This document shows positions 45,530-58,384 of a stretch of DNA of 64,000 nt, piece by piece; positions within the stretch are counted from its first letter, which is position 1, and every line of letters begins with the position of its first letter. The stretch is from the human T2T-CHM13v2.0 reference genome, Homo sapiens: assembly GCF_009914755.1 (NCBI RefSeq), contig NC_060936.1; one strand, written 5' to 3'. The notes beneath the pieces are model-generated. The model ran no database searches, was not told the DNA's origin, and saw only the letters and a list, made by a program, of their open reading frames with translations. The position numbers were made by a program, and so were the translations under genes.

Positions 45530-48500
45530 CAAGAAATGAATAAAAAAATAATGAACAAAACCTAAAAAACTATGGGATTCTTATGTAAAGAGACCAAACC
45601 TATGGCACAATGGCATTCATGAAAGAGTGGGAGAGAGATCAAGCAACTTGAAAAACGTATTTGAGGATGTTGTCTTTTTTCATTTTAGTCTGACTGAGTT
45701 GTTTCGAAGAACCAGTCTTCAAGTTCTGATATTCTTTCTTCATTTTGACCTATTCTGCTATTAATAGTTCCAATTGTACTAGAAAATTCTCAAAGTAAGT
45801 TTTCAGCTCTATCATATCAGTTTGGTTCTTTCTTAAAGTGGCTTTTTTGTTTTCCAACTTTTGTATTATTTTACTGGATTCCTTAGATTCCTTAGTTTGG
45901 GTTTCAACTTTTTCCTGAATCTTGAAGAAGATCATCAAAATTCTATCCAGAATAGAATATTCTGGATATTCTATTCTATCTATGTCTATCTTTTCAACCA
46001 TTTCAGCCTGGTTAAGAACCATTGCTGGATACTTAGTGTGGTCATTTGTAGGTAAGAAGACACTGGCTTTTTGAGCTGCCAGTGTTCTTGCACTGGTTCT
46101 TTCTCGTCAAGATGGGCTGATGTTAGTTTAATCTTTGAAGCTGCCATCATATTTGAGGATATTGTCCACAAAAATATCTCCAAACTCACTGGAGAAATTG
46201 ATATCAAAATTCAGGAAATCCAGAGACCCCTGTGAGACACTATACCAGATGACCATCCCCAAGATACATAGTCAACAGATTCTCCAAGGTCAACATGAAA
46301 GAAAAAATATTAAAGGCAGCTAGAGAGGAAGGGCAGGCCGCCTATAAAGGGAACTCCATAAGGCTAATGGCAGACTTTTCAGCAGAAATGCTACAAGCCA
46401 GAAAAGATTGGGGGCCTATACTGAGTATTCTTACAGAAAAAAAAAAATGCTAACCAAGAATTTCATATCTGGTCAAACCAAGATTCATAAATAAAGGAGA
46501 AATAAAATGCTTTTCAGAATAGCAAATGCTAACTTAATTCATTACTACCAGATCTGCCTTGGAAGAGGTCCTGAATGGAGTGCTAAACATGGAAACTAAA
46601 GAATGCTACTGACCACCACAAAACACACTTAAGTACATAGACAATGAGACTATAAAGCAACTACACAATAAATCTGCATAACAATCAGCTAACAACATGG
46701 TAACAGGATCAAACCCACACATAGCAATATTAATCTTAAATGTAAATGGGCTAAACTCCACTTAAAAGGCACAGAGTGGTAGATGAATAAAGAAGCAAGA
46801 CCTGACTGTACGCTGTCTTCAAGAGACTCATCTCACATGCAATGACACTCATAAGCTCAAAGTAAAGGGACGGAGAAAAATCTATCAAGGAAAAAAAGAG
46901 CAGGGAATGCTATTCTAATTTCAGAAAAAAATAAACTTTAGACCAACGAACCAATGATAATCGGGAAAGACAAAGAAGGACAATACACAACGTTAAAGGG
47001 TTAAATTAAATAGACTTAAGTATCTTAAATACATATGAATTTAATGCTGGAGCACCCAGATTAATTAAACAAGTTCCTAGAGACCTACAAAAAGACTTTG
47101 ATAACCTCACAATAATAGTAGGAGTATTTAATACCCTGCTGGCAGTATTATACAGAACACTGAGGCAGAAAACTAACAAACACACTTGGAACCTAAACTC
47201 AACCCTTGATCAAATGCACCTAACAGATGTCTACAGAACAGTCCACCCAAAAACAACACAATATACATTCTTCTCATCTGTACATGGCACATACTCTAAA
47301 ATAGATCACATGCTCAAACATACAACAATTTACAACAAATTAAAAAAAAATACCAACCACACTTTCAGACCACAGCACAGTAAAAATAAAATTAATACAG
47401 AGAAGATTTCTAAAACCCCAAAATTACATGGAAATTAAACAACCTGATCCTGAATGACTTTTGGGTAAACAATGAAATTAAGTCAATTGTTAATAACTTT
47501 TTTGAAACTGATGAGAACAAAGATACAACACATCAGAATGTCTGGAACAAAGCTAAAGCAGTGATAAGAGGACAGTTTATAGTAATAAAACACCCATATC
47601 AAAAAGTTAGAAATATCTCACATTTACAACCTAACATCACACCTAGAGGAACTAGAAAAAACAAGAGCAAACCAACTCCAAAACTAGAAGAAGAAAAGAA
47701 ACAACCAAAATGAGAGCTGAAATAAATGAATCTGAGATGTGAATAACCATACAAAAATCAACAAACCCAAAACTTGGTTCTTTGAAAAAATAAATTAGAT
47801 GGATAAACCATTAGCTAGAATAATGAAGGAAAAAGAGAAGATCCAAATAAACATAACCAGAAAAGACAAATGGGACATTACCATCAACCCCACAGAAACA
47901 CAAAAATCTCTCAGAGACTGTCATGAACACCTCTATGCACATGAACTGGAAAACCTAGAGGAAATGAATAAAGTCTTGCAAACATACAATCTCCCAAGAT
48001 TGAACCAGGAAAAAATTGAAACCCTGAACAGACCAAAAATGAGTTCTGAAATGGAACCAATTATAAAAAGCCTACCAACAAAAAAAAAGCCCTGGACCAG
48101 ATGGATTCAAAGCCAAATTCTACCAAATATATAAAAAAGAGCTGATATCAATCTTACTGATACTACTCCAAAAAAATTGCGGAGATGTGACTCCTCCCTA
48201 ACTCATTTTATGAGGCCAGCATTATTCTGATACAAAAACTTGACAGATACACAACAACAAAAAATAAAACTTCAGGCCAATATACAGGATGAACATAGAT
48301 GCAAAACTCCTCAACAAAATACTGGCAAACCAAATCCAGCAGAACACCAAAAAGAGAATTCACTAAGATCAAGTAGGCTTTACCCCTTGATGTAAGACTA
48401 GTTTAACACACATAAATCAAAAAATGTGATTCATCACATAAACAGAACTAAGAACGAAAAACACATGATCATCTCCATACATGCAGAAAAGGCTTTCAAT

Positions 48501-50706
48501 AAAATTCAACATTCCTTCATGCAACAAACCTTCGACAACTGGGAATTGAATAACATACATCAAAATAATAACCATCTATGACAAACCCACAGCCAACATC
48601 ATACTGAACAGGAAAAAGTGGGATGCAGTCTCCTTGAGAACTGGAATAAGATAAGGATGCCCACTCTCACCATTCCCTTTCATCATAGTACTGGAAATCC
48701 TAGCCACATAAATCAGGCAAGAGAAAGAAATAAAAGATATCTAAATAGGAAGAGAGGAAGTCAAATTATCTGCCTTTGTAGACACATGATTTTATACCTA
48801 GAAAACCTCATAGTTGCTGCTCGAAAGCTTCTAAATCTGATAAACAATTTTAGCAAAGTTTCAGATACAAAATTAATGTACAAAAATTAGTAACATTTCT
48901 ATACACCAACAATGTCCAAGCTAAAAGCCAAATCAAGAATACAATCCTATTCACAGTAGCCACATACAAACAAAATATCTAGGAATACAGCTAACCATGG
49001 AGGTGAAAGCTCTCTACAATGAAAATTACAAAATGCTGCTGAAATAAATCAAAGATGACACAAATAAATGGAAAAATATTGCATGCTTATGGAAAGGATG
49101 AATTAATATTGTTAAATGGCCATACTGTCTAAAGCAGTTAACAGACTCAATCTAGTCCTAACAAACTACCAATGACATTTTTCACAGGAATATTTAAAAA
49201 ATTCTAAAATTCATATGGAAGCAAAAATAACCCAAATAGCGAATGCAATCCTAAGTAGAAAGAACAAAGCTAGAGGCATCACATTATCTGACTTCAAACT
49301 ATACTATGAGGTTACAGTAATCAAAACAGCATGGTAGTGGTACAAAAACAGACACATAGACCAATGGAACAAAAGAGAGAGCCCAGAAATAAGGCCACAC
49401 ATCTACAACCATCTGATCTTCAAGAAAGCTAACAAAAACAAGCAAAAGAGGAAGGATTCTCTATTCAATAAATGATGCTGAGATAGCTGGTTAGTCATAT
49501 GCAGAAGATTGAAACTGGACACCTTCCTTACACCATATACAAAAGCAACTCATGAAGGATTAAAGACATAAATGTAAAGCTTGAAACTATAAAACCCTAG
49601 AAGAAAACCTAGGAAATACCATTCTGGACATAGTTCCTGGCACAGATTTCATGAAAAAGACACCAGAAGCAATTGTAGAGAAACAAAAATTGACAAATGG
49701 GACCTAAAGAGCTTCAACGCAGCAAAAGAAACTATCAACAGAGTAAACAGACAACCTATAGAATGGAAGAAAATATTTGCAAACTATGCATCCAACAAAG
49801 ATCTAATAGCCAGAATCTATAAGGAAGTTAGACAAATTAAGAAGAAAGAAACAAACAACCTCATTAAGCAAACACTTTTCAAAAGAAGACATACATGCAG
49901 CCAACAAGCATATGAGAAAATGCTCAACATCACTAGTCATTGCATATCAGCACCACAATGAGGTACCATCTCACATCAGTTAGAATGGCTATTGTTAAAA
50001 AGTCAAAAAATGACAGATGCTGACAAGGTTGCAGAGAAAAGAGAACACTTATATGCTACTGGTGGGATTATAAATTAGTTCAGCCACTGTGGAATGCAGT
50101 TTGGAGATGTCTCAAATAACCTAAAACAGAACTACCATTCGACCCAGCAATCCCATTACTGGGTGTATATCCAAAGGAAAATAAATCCTTCTGTTGTAAA
50201 GACACATGCATGCATATGTTCACTGCAGCTCTATTAACAATAGCAAAGACATGGAATCAAACCTAAATACCTATCAGTGGTGGGCAGGATAATGAAAATG
50301 CGGTTCATATATACCATGGAATACAATGCCATTAAAAAAGAGTAAAATCATGTCCTTTGTGGCAACATCAATGGAGCTGGAGGTCATTATCATAAGTGAA
50401 TTAATGCAGAATCAGAAAACAAAATATTCTATGTTCTCTCTTATAGTAGAGCCAAACATTGAGTACACATAGTCACGAACATGGGAAAAATAGACACCAG
50501 GGCCTATCTGAGGGTGGAGAGTGGGAGGAGGTTGAGGATTGAAAAACTATCTGTTGGGTCCTATATTTACTAACTGGTTGATGAAATAATCTGTACATCA
50601 AACCCCCAAGACACACAATTTACCCATTTAACAAACCTGTACCTTTACCCCTGAACTTAATATAAAAGTTGGAAAGAAAAAAAAAACTAAAAAAAAAAAA
50701 AAAAAA
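45530..50706 (+). mobile_element. L1PA15/16-like element (ORF1, ORF2, 3' UTR, poly-A) with an internal inverted ORF1 segment at 45675-46148
   Basis: Decayed ORF1, ORF2 fragments (ORFs 47214, 47799, 48618), 3' UTR ending aaaagttggaaag plus poly-A. Confidence 0.92.
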
Positions 50707-51027
50707 GATAATCCCTCAAGGGAGCCAATTAGAATAAAAATTCATTACACATTGATGGCATAAAAGAGTGATCAATTTTTAGTATAGTGTTGAGAATACC
50801 ATCTTATCTGCTGTTTTATATTAAGTGGGTGCTAGTAGAGTAAGCAACCTCAACTTGATGGCCTATAGTTGTAACGATGTATTTGGGGAACAAGCACATT
50901 TTCTGAATAACAAGAATGAGTGGTATGTTCTGTGATGAGACTGAAGAATGAAGGGAACAAATTTCCCTGAGAACAGATGTGACTGAGACACTTTTTTGAG
51001 GGGTTGGAGTTGATGAGAGTAAGGAAG

Positions 51028-51070
51028 ATATCTCACATTTACAACCTAACATCACACCTAGAGGAACTAG
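51028..51070 (+). repeat. Exact 43-bp copy of 47613-47655
   Basis: atatctcacatttacaacctaacatcacacctagaggaactag is identical at both sites. Confidence 0.97.
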
Positions 51071-51204
51071 CAAAAATCATAGTATTATGGAGTTTTTGAA
51101 ATACTAAAAATGAGAACATTGATCTTAGAACAAACAAGGGTGATTAATACTTTAAGAAATTACACATAATTAGTTGTACTTAATCTACAGACAAATTAAA
51201 AAAT

Positions 51205-51340
51205 ATATATTCTGCCCCTTTCTATCCAACAGTAAGCTTCTTGAGGAGAGGGATTATTTCTTCTTTGTTTTATAATTCCAGCACCAACCATTGTCTGCTA
51301 AATGCTTCAGTGATTTTTAGTAAATACTGAATGAATGAAG
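51205..51340 (+). mobile_element. L2 3' end
   Basis: gtaagcttcttgaggagagggatt...tgaatgaatgaa terminus. Confidence 0.65.
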
Positions 51341-54300
51341 AAAAGCCTAAATCCTTTCAGTACTAAGGAGTATCGAAGTTCAAGTGGTGTAAGAATTAGT
51401 TTATGGATACGGGATATGATCATCTTTGATCAGGGTTCCAAACAAAAGTTATGTCACCTTCAAATAATCCGTAAATACAATAATCATCTGATGGTGATCC
51501 CAGGACTCTCATTTCATGGTGAAAACATGATTTTTGCTAACTCCATAATACTATGATTTTGCAGAATTCTACACTGAATTCTGGGCTAGTTAATAGAATC
51601 AAGAAGCTAATGAAATGTGTATTTTTGAAAGGGACCTTTGTGTAATAGGAATTCTTCTAAGACAAATCCTAAATACACCTGAATAAGGGCCCAGGTTCTT
51701 CAGCCCATTCCCTCTCCTTACAATGCAAATGTTCCCTTATGTTATTTTAGGATGGCTTGGTTGGTCCCTATTCAGAGCAAACTGAGTAAAGTTGTTTGCT
51801 TAAAATGTATGCTGGACATGTCAGAAGTAGTCAGGTTTTGTCATGCACTCGTTTTATGACAGATCCAGGCCACAGACACGAAGCTTGGCAAGTATCTTAT
51901 AAATTATAGCTGTGCTGAAGCCTACAGCAATAGCTCTTAACTCAGGCTCACCTACCAAATATTCTTGCAAAAACAAAAATGATACAGTGAAATAACACAG
52001 GAATGTAAAACGCAATTTCTTCAACATCTAAGTACCAAGCATCCAATAGGAGTCTCAGATTTTTTAATAATCTGTTTTATTTTCTTTCCCAACAAACCTA
52101 AAACTGTAACATAGAAAACCATGTTATATTACGTAATGCTTTTCTTTAAAGTTTAACAGCCTTAATTTTATAGTCCTAGCACAGTTTTTATTTCACAAAA
52201 TTTTATCCCCAAAAGATTGGACACTAAATCATTCTTTGTTTCATAATGAGTAATGATTTCATAATCTTGAGATTCTAAATGAAAATGTTCTGCATTATTT
52301 AGATCTACTTTGTAAGACGGCAAGTAGGAAAGGACTCTCATTATTTGGAAGACGAATTTATTTCTCTATACTCACTAATTTAGAAAAATCTTTCTATGTT
52401 AACTGTTTAGGCCAAGCAAGAGACTCTTTTCAGATGTTTGATTACAGTGACACTAAAGAGTCTAGTATAAATTAAATCTCAACCGGAAAGAAAAGTCTTT
52501 TTTGATAAAGACCTTTAGGTTTTACCCTAGACAGTGTGACATAAGAATCTGTGTTTAACTAGTAGATTAAATTTTCACCCTTGGATAAGAATTTATGTTA
52601 ATTTGTATAGCTTCATTTAGAAGATCTTTTTAGTTTGTGCAAATTGAAAAAAAAAACTCTAAGCTAATTTTTATTAGCTATTTTTTAAAATTACCAGTTT
52701 TCTTCACCTTTTCAAATTATCATAATCTTATTACATATTTCAATTAAGTTTCAAAAATTGTATATCCTTTCTAAAAAAAGTATGCCAATAAATGACTAAC
52801 TTCAGTCTACCAAGAAAGATGAATTTTTCTTTTCTTCACCTATTGTTGCAGGGTATCTTCTATGGACAAACAAAGATTTTTAAATCAATTCCAAAACTCC
52901 TTAAGAAAAAAAGCATTTTCAGTTAAAATAAATCTTTGAAATCTGGTACTGAAAATACAGCTATTTAGTGGATATTGTGTGGATAAATATGAAATAATAT
53001 AAGTAGTTCTAATTTTCCAGTATTGTTAACCAACATCCTCCATTCTTCCATTCTTAGTTTTGAGATAGTGACTTTCATATAAATAGTATCCTTAGTCAGG
53101 GGAACAGTTTCAATGGGTACAACAGTATTCTCATAAATAGCATTGAAGAGAACAAATTATGTCTTCATTCTGAAACATTTTATGCCAAAATAATAGTATA
53201 GACTTGGGTTTGACCTGCTTCAAAATGAAAAACACCTTCCAAAGAAAAATACTTCCAAATAGCTTCACCTTTTTTAGTGCAGCCACATAAATAAAAACAA
53301 CAGTATGGAAAACAATTTAATTTTTAAAAAGAAAATAATTATTTCGCACTTTGGCTGTGATAGGGAAACTGCATCTTTGCTATTAACAACTAACCCGGAT
53401 AAAATATGAAACAATGCTTCAAACATTCTGGAGAAAAGAGGAAACACATGAGGAAACCATGATATTCATGCGGTCTTTCTGTCTAAAGCCACATTCTAGA
53501 ACACAAGGCATGCAAAGGGAATCCAAGCAGAGCATAATTGTATCACTAAATTTAGGATATACCGAATCAATTTTGTGAGGAGGCTGAGGCAGCTATTGTG
53601 TAAAGCACAGAAATGGAGAGGAGAGAAATATGCAGAGAAGAAAGTTCCAGGAATTTGAATAGGGGTTGCCTTGAGTCTTTGGAAGAATAATAACCTGTGT
53701 ATGCTCAAGGTTAAGCTCAATGAAGCACACCAAAAACGTACCATGGAACTGTAAACTGAATACTCCCAAGGCTCTCAGAGGATGGAGAGATGCCCAAATT
53801 TTAAGCAGCTGGAGAGGAGAAACTCTAATAAACATCTAAGCATTCATTGGAAACTCCAGAAATTACACCTTAGCAGTAAATTAGCATTAGAAGTTATAGC
53901 TATTCTATATGTATCCTAACAAAGGTTAAAATTCTCAAAAAAGTAAGTTGATCCACAATTAGCTTAAAACAAAACAAAACATCCCAAATATTTCAAGAAA
54001 AAAAAAAACAAAATCCAGACATTAAATGACTTAATGTTTACAATATCCAGCAAGTAATAAAATCTTACTAGAATAAAAACAGGAAAATGTGATCAGTAGC
54101 CAGAACAATCAACCAATAGAAACAAACTCAGAAGTGACAAAGATGGTTTAAGTAACAAAAAAGAATTTTTTAATGATTAAAAAAATGCTTAATAATGTAA
54201 AGAAAAAAATGCACATGAGAACAGAAGCAAAAGATATTTAAAAAGATGCAAATGGAACTTCTAAAGATGAAAAATGTAATATATAAAAAAATTTACAAGA

Positions 54301-54640
54301 TAGATTTAACATCAGATTAGACAATAGGGAGAAAATAAAACACTACCCAAACCAAAACTTAGAGAAAAAAGACTTTAACAAATCAATGGAGCTTAGGTGG
54401 CATGTAGGACAATATCAAGCAGTTTAAAATACATATAGTTGGAGAGGAGGAAGATAAAAAAAAATTGAAAAAATGACTGCCAGAAAATTTTATATTTATT
54501 TAGATGAACAAGAATTAGAATTCTATCAACTTCAGAAACAGTACAAACCAGAAAAAAAAGAATTTTTTAAATGCTGCCAAAAGGTAATCTGTCAAATTAG
54601 AATTCTATACCTAAAAAAGATATACGCTTAAATGAAAATC

Positions 54641-54920
54641 AGACCAGGCATGATCATTCACACCTGTAATCCTAGCACTTTGGGAAGCTGAGATGGAGGA
54701 TCACTTGAGCCCAGGAGTTGGAGACCAGCCTGGCAACACAGTGGGACACCATCTCTACAAAAATTTAAAAATTAGCCAGGTGTGGTAGTGCTTACCTGTA
54801 GTCTTACCTGCTCTAGAGGCTGAGGTAAGAGGAAGGCTTGAGGCCAGGAAGTCAAGGCTGCAGTGAGCTGTAGCTGTACCACTACACTCCAGTGGAGGTG
54901 AAAGAGGGAGACGCTGTCAA
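54641..54920 (+). mobile_element. AluJ
   Basis: ggaggatcacttgagcccaggag, gtcaaggctgcagtgagct. Confidence 0.9.
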
Positions 54921-55268
54921 AAGAGAGAAGGAAGGAAGGAAGGAAGGAAGGAAGGAAGGAAGGAAGGAAGGAAGGAAGGGAGGGAGGGAGGGAGGGAGGG
55001 AGGGAGGGAGGGAGGGAGGGAGGGAGGGAGGGAAGGATGGAAAGAGAAAAAGAAAGACAGAAAAAAAGAAAGAAGAGAGGAAAGAAAGAAAGAATGAAAG
55101 AAAGAAAAGAAAGAAAGAGAAAGAAAGAATGAAAGGAGAAAGGAGAAAGGAGGAAGGAGGGAGGGACAGAAGGAGAAAAAAACAGAAAAGAAAGAGAGAA
55201 AGAAAAAGAAATTACAATGAAATAAAGAAACATTCCACAAAAAGAACAAGAAAAAAGAAAAAAAAAAG
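54921..55268 (+). repeat. (GGAA)12(GGGA)14 plus GA-rich low-complexity tract
   Basis: GGAA at 54930-54977, GGGA at 54978-55033, then ~230 bp purine-rich sequence. Confidence 0.97.
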
Positions 55269-56114
55269 TTGAGAGTATTCCTAGCTAATACACTTGAACT
55301 ATAACATACTTTAAAGGAAGTCTTCTGGCCAAAGAAATATAGTTCTGCCTGAAAAAAAAAAAGAGCTACATAAATTAACTGGAAGTATCAAAAACCATAA
55401 TTACATTGGTATGTTAAAAAATAAACATTTTGTTTCTTGTCTAAAATTTATTTAAAATATAAACATTTGTTATTTTGTACATTTTCTTCAAAAGTTTATT
55501 AACTGGAAAGTGGAAATAGATTGTTTAGTTTGGAAAAGTTAACCCTTCATTATCAGCAGGACCCAGCAAAATCTGACTTCACTGACTCATTCAGGAATAT
55601 TCATATTGGAGAAAAAATAAAAGAAAAAATTAAGACATTGGAATTTGAAAATTTTAAAAACTGAATTTCAAGGCTCTCTATAACATTACCTAAAACTAAC
55701 TTTCTAAAGTTATTTCCCACTATTTTCCAACATGTTATAGAGGATCCATGGCAGCTGAACTGCCTTCTGTATTTTTTAATGATTATAATTTCTCAGAATT
55801 TATTGATGCTGTCACTACCTCAAACAAAAATTTCCCTAACTCAACTTTAACTATTTCTTTTTAGCCCCAGCCTACTTATTATTTGAAGTCTTTCTCAAAA
55901 GTAACTTCCTCCATGGAGCCTTTCTTATTTCTCCTTGACAAAAATAATCATTTCTTCCTCTGAACGTCCATGATACATTGCAAGAAACATTCACTACACA
56001 TGATTTGAGTTTAATATATGTTGCTTATGTAGTTATGTCCTATTCATGATTAACTATAAGCAAAGGTTGTACCTTGTTTACTATGATATCATCTATATCA
56101 TACAAGATAAATGG

Positions 56115-56830
56115 AATTAACATTTACTGAGAACCTACTATGTATCTTTATGAAACAAATAATCTGAAAAACGCTAATTTTCATCATAACTCAAAGAAAC
56201 AATTATTACTATGCCTTTTTTACACATGATTAACTTTCCCATTTAGAAAAAAAAGTTCAACTCGTGTATAATTTTACATCAACACACTCTGAGGCTGAAG
56301 CAAATCTGACTGATTATCAATGTGAAAATAAAATATAAAAACTGTTCTTATAGTTATTTATAAACAGAACTAACATTAAAATTATCTGAATCATAAGAAT
56401 CATCTATTTTAGAAAGATAGGATTCATCAAATGGATCTTTGGCCAACAACTGTTCTAGAACGATGCTAACATCACATGTAGGGTGCTACGTTATCTAGGA
56501 TTTAATATTTTCTGTGATAGAGAATGGCTATATTTTGTAAATAGAAATACCACTACTAAAAACAGAATGCTATAAGTAGAATGTCTTTTGTTTCCAAAGT
56601 CAATATACTAGAGTAATGCGAAAACAATAACGAAAGCAAGATATTTCTTGTCAAAATTTACTTGGGGTAAATGCTGCAGCCACGAGCACTGCTGGCAAGT
56701 ATTCTCAGGGCAAACTGGAAAAAGGTTAAATAAAAACTGCGTAAACTTGTCCAAGATCACATGAATAGTAACAGGAAAGCTACAAGAATAACCGAGGGTT
56801 CTATTTATATGATCCAAAGCATATATTTGT
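56115..56830 (-). mobile_element. MIR split by MER75
   Basis: aacatttactgagaacctactatgt... on the left and aacttgtccaagatcacatgaatagtaa... on the right. Confidence 0.7.
56234..56725 (-). mobile_element. MER75 (piggyBac non-autonomous element)
   Basis: TTAA on both flanks, termini ctttcccattt / aaactggaaaaagg, internal gaggctgaagcaaatctgactga and ggccaacaactgttc. Confidence 0.9.
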
Positions 56831-56916
56831 TTCACTAAATATATTGGTAATTGCTAAATGTAAATAGAAACCTAACAGTCAAAACCAGTAAGTTGTTAAA
56901 GTATTGCATATTTCAA

Positions 56917-56951
<35 letters not shown>

Positions 56952-57130
56952 GAGAGAGAGAAGGGAGTGAGATGATGTAAGACAGAACAGAGAGATGAAA
57001 GGAAGGAAGGGAGGAAGGGAGGGAGGGAGAAAGGAAGGAAGGAATGAATGAAGGAAGGAAGGAGAAGGGGAAGGGGAGGCAAGGGAAGTGAAGGGAAGGG
57101 AAGGAGGGAGGAAGGGAAGGGAAAGAAGGA
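56917..57130 (+). repeat. (GA)n and (GGAA)n-type purine tract
   Basis: Directly visible. Confidence 0.95.
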
Positions 57131-58091
57131 GCTATCATGTATTTGAAGCAGAAATTCTAAGTATTTTGGTTTAGAACATCTCATACAGAACACCCAAAGA
57201 AGTACAAAAGAATAAATCAGAGTAACTTTCACTGCAATATAAAGAGAGCTATCTTTAGAACAATAGCAAAATTACTAATAAAAATTATTATCTTGAAGGG
57301 ATAAAATTGCTATTGACTTGGAATTCTTAAAGTTAGAGGAAGTAACTTCAATAAACCGTGTCTTGAATTGCTGTTGGCAACTCTGAAAGTAATCTTATAT
57401 ATCTTACAATGCCTGGACAAGGAAATACATTTATTTCAAGTAGATCAAGTTTCTTCAATATGTGTTGCTTATGTATATAATTAAAGATATAGTCTAGGAG
57501 CTAAAATGATGATGATGAAATAGTTTTTTGTATATCATTATTTAATAAAGTTCCTTGGTTATACCCAAATGTGTCAGGAATACTGCTATGAAGCTTCAAG
57601 GAATATTGGAGTCTTGCTCAGTGACAGTGATTTTTGAGATGAGTAAGGCCATGGACTCTACCTGGATGGGGAACCTATGGTTTGTGACAAGTGTCTCACC
57701 CACATACACACAAAATAAATCTAATTACAAATATCTCTGAATCTTGTGGCAGAACAATAAAAAAGGTGGTTTCATGTGTGTGTGTATATATATATATATG
57801 TTATTCTAATGAATATATTTCATGACCTAATGAAATAGTTACATAATTTATTAACATATTTCAAAAAGTAGAATGGGCAATAGTTGCTAACTTCCATTTT
57901 GGTAACTCTAAGTTATGGAAGTGCAACTTGCTCATCACCAGCGCTTTGTAAAAATGGTGTGATGTGTTGAAGCATGTGGAATTAATATCTAAAAGATGTA
58001 TACATCTTTTGAAAATAATATTTAAATCTGTCTCTGAAAAATATTACGAGAGTTTTACCGACATGCAATTTTAAGACATTAAAATATTTTA

Positions 58092-58384
<293 letters not shown>

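Larger units (their letters stand above)
53340..55400 (+). mobile_element. Old L1M (L1M4/L1MC-ME-type) 5' region and ORF1 remnant
   Basis: caggaaaatgtga...aaccaatagaaacaaactcagaagtgacaaagatg...caaatggaacttcta...agaattctatacc. Confidence 0.65.

Noticed and set aside
45530-50706. Potentially active L1
   Set aside because: No 5' UTR, rearranged ORF1, and ORF2 broken into fragments of about 110 aa or less.
54772-55272. 110-153 aa ORFs on both strands
   Set aside because: They are translations of GA-rich microsatellite and Alu sequence.
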